From a virus (Duplodnaviria; Heunggongvirae; Uroviricota; Caudoviricetes), in the IMG/VR virus record IMGVR_UViG_2711768063_000005, positions 1 through 37,296 of that record: a stretch of DNA of 37,296 nt; one strand, 5' to 3'. The position numbers and the translations under genes were made by a program. Each line of letters begins with the position of its first letter. The first letter of the stretch is position 1. Positions 35,371-37,296 of this stretch are shown piece by piece. A model generated the notes under the pieces. That model saw nothing but the letters and a program-made list of their open reading frames with translations, did no database searches and was not told the origin of the DNA.

Positions 35371-36415
35371 ATTTCAGCGCCCGACGCTGGCAGAAAATAT
35401 CAGTATGCTCCGTAACGATTTATTCGCCAGGCTGGACGTCAGCGACACGCTCCGGCGCATGGATGAAGACGTGCGGGCAAAGGTGTATGCGGCGGCGCTG
35501 CATACGGTCTACGGTTACATCGATTATCTGGCAATGAATATGCTGCCTGACCTGTGCGATGAGTCCTGGCTGGCGCGACATGCTGCGATGAAACGGTGTC
35601 CGCGCAAGGGAGCCACGGTTGCCAGCGGGTATATGCGCTGGGAAGGTGTCAGCGATGGCCTGAAGGTGACTGCCGGGAGTGTTATTCAGCGCGATGACCT
35701 GGTGCAGTACACGACAACTGACGATGCAATCAGCTCCGGTGGTGTCCTGCGCGTGCCGATCGCCTGCTCAAGTGCAGGTGCGGTCGGTAACGCTGACGAC
35801 GGTACGGCATTAATCCTGGTCACGCCGGTGAATGGTCTGCCGTCTTCCGGTGTGGCTGACACCCTGACAGGCGGATTTGATACTGAAGAGCTGGAAACGT
35901 GGCGCGCCCGCGTCATTGAGCGGTATTACTGGACGCCGCAGGGCGGGGCTGACGGGGACTATGTCGTCTGGGCTAAAGAAGTGCCTGGCATTACCCGCGC
36001 ATGGACATACCGACACTGGATGGGAACGGGGACTGTCGGTGTGATGATTGCCAGCAGTGACCTGATTAATCCCATTCCGGAAGAATCAACGGAAACGGCG
36101 GCAAGACAACATATCGGGCCACTGGCCCCGGTGGCAGGCTCTGATTTGTATGTGTTCAGGCCGGTGGCACATACGGTGGATTTTCATATCCGTGTGACGC
36201 CGGACACACCGGAAATACGGGCTGCCATCACCGCGGAGTTGCGTTCGTTCCTGCTGCGTGATGGTTATCCGCAGGGAGAACTGAAGGTGTCACGTATCAG
36301 TGAAGCGATTTCCGGTGCGAACGGGGAATACAGCCATCAGTTGCTTGCACCGGCGGACAATATCACCATTGCGAAAAATGAACTGGCGGTTCTGGGGGCG
36401 ATTTCATGGACGTGA
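35357..36415 (+). CDS. Baseplate J-like protein (Mu gp47-like)
   Basis: 352 aa; position and size. Confidence 0.8.
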   Translation: MADSEFQRPTLAENISMLRNDLFARLDVSDTLRRMDEDVRAKVYAAALHTVYGYIDYLAMNMLPDLCDESWLARHAAMKRCPRKGATVASGYMRWEGVSDGLKVTAGSVIQRDDLVQYTTTDDAISSGGVLRVPIACSSAGAVGNADDGTALILVTPVNGLPSSGVADTLTGGFDTEELETWRARVIERYYWTPQGGADGDYVVWAKEVPGITRAWTYRHWMGTGTVGVMIASSDLINPIPEESTETAARQHIGPLAPVAGSDLYVFRPVAHTVDFHIRVTPDTPEIRAAITAELRSFLLRDGYPQGELKVSRISEAISGANGEYSHQLLAPADNITIAKNELAVLGAISWT

Positions 36416-36990
36416 CAAACGATGATTACATCCGTCTGTTGTCAGCACTGTTGCCGCCCGGTCCGGCGTGGTCAGCCAGCGATCCGGCGATTGCCGGTGC
36501 GGCACCGTCATTAACCCGCGTTCATCAGCGTGCGGATGCCCTGATGCGGGAGCTGGATCCGCGCACCACCACTGAACTGATAAATCGCTGGGAGCGTCTG
36601 TGCGGCCTGCCGGATGAATGTATTCCTACAGGGACACAGACCCTTCGCCAGCGTCAGCAACGGCTGGATGCGAAGGTTAACCTGGCGGGCGGCATCAACG
36701 AGAATTTTTATCTTGCACAGCTTGCTGCCCTGGGCAGACCGGATGCCAACATCACGCGATACGACAAAAGCACATTCACCTGCTCATCGGCCTGTACTGA
36801 CGCGGTGAATGCGCCTGAATGGCGGTATTACTGGCAGGTCAACATGCCAGCCGCCACCAACACCACCTGGATGACATGTGGCGATCCCTGTGATTCCGCG
36901 CTGCGTATATGGGGCGACACCGTTGTCGAGTGTGTGCTTAACAAACTCTGCCCGTCGCATACCTATGTGATTTTTAAATATCCGGAGTAA
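36406..36990 (+). CDS. Tail protein (Mu gp48 / YmfQ-like, DUF2313)
   Basis: 194 aa, Cys-containing C-terminus; position before the tail fibre. Confidence 0.6.
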   Translation: MDVTNDDYIRLLSALLPPGPAWSASDPAIAGAAPSLTRVHQRADALMRELDPRTTTELINRWERLCGLPDECIPTGTQTLRQRQQRLDAKVNLAGGINENFYLAQLAALGRPDANITRYDKSTFTCSSACTDAVNAPEWRYYWQVNMPAATNTTWMTCGDPCDSALRIWGDTVVECVLNKLCPSHTYVIFKYPE

Positions 36991-36993
36991 TCC

Positions 36994-37296
36994 ATGCATC
37001 GTATAGACACGAAAACCGCGCAGAAGGATAAGTTCGGCGCGGGTAAGAACGGTTTTACCTGTGGTAACCCCCAGACCGGCACGCCTGCCACCGATCTGGA
37101 TGATGACTACTTTGACATGTTGCAGGAGGAGCTTTGCAGCGTTGTGGAGGCATCCGGTGCCAGCCTGGAGAAGGGGCGGCATGACCAGCTGCTTACCGCG
37201 CTTCGTGCGCTGCTGTTAAGCCGCAAGAATCCGTTTGGCGATATCAAATCGGATGGCACGGTGAAAACAGCTCTCGAAAACCTTGGTTTGGGAGAA
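36994..37296 (+). CDS. Tail fibre protein, N-terminal part (truncated by window end)
   Basis: GGAG RBS 7 nt upstream of the ATG; translation [46 protein letters not shown]... is a typical conserved tail-fibre N-terminus; no stop within the window. Confidence 0.65.
   Translation, partial: MHRIDTKTAQKDKFGAGKNGFTCGNPQTGTPATDLDDDYFDMLQEELCSVVEASGASLEKGRHDQLLTALRALLLSRKNPFGDIKSDGTVKTALENLGLGE

Noticed and set aside
1-37296. Search for rRNA, tRNA, CRISPR arrays or IS elements
   Set aside because: No tRNA-like T-loop/acceptor pattern outside coding sequence, no repeat-spacer array and no transposase-like ORF or terminal inverted repeats of IS type were seen; absence by eye is not proof and a tRNA or IS scan would settle it.

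Overview
The window is almost entirely one mosaic temperate prophage, read from its integrase-proximal end to a truncated tail-fibre gene at the right edge. All homology calls come from reading the translations by eye and need confirmation by search. Layout: (1) an AT-rich cargo pair at 1-2429 (HAD/PRTase/zinc-ribbon fusion plus DprA-like protein, ShosTA-like logic), convergent with a lambda-family integrase and excisionase (2495-3848); (2) a leftward early operon of YfdP/Q/R-like genes (3904-5820) followed by a GC-rich structured noncoding stretch (5821-6256); (3) an immunity region with CI repressor, Cro and a shared operator motif TTGCG-N-GATA-N-GCAA on both sides of cI; (4) replication and nin-like genes (O-like initiator with internal iterons, Dam methyltransferase, LexA-N-domain protein, RusA, KilA-N, DUF968-like) and a Q-like antiterminator; (5) an AT-rich antisense two-gene cassette at 13945-16147 (NdpA/YejK-like NA37 homologue plus a membrane-anchored partner) between Q and the late promoter/lysis genes, which is my best candidate for an undescribed system; (6) a lambda-type lysis cassette S-R-Rz/Rz1; (7) a moron cluster with its own terminators (17.7-19.6 kb), including an amber-interrupted reading frame; (8) HNH endonuclease, candidate cos, P27-type small and large terminase, HK97-type portal/protease/capsid; (9) a Mu-type contractile tail module with a frameshift-type chaperone pair. 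No rRNA, tRNA, CRISPR array or IS element was recognised.
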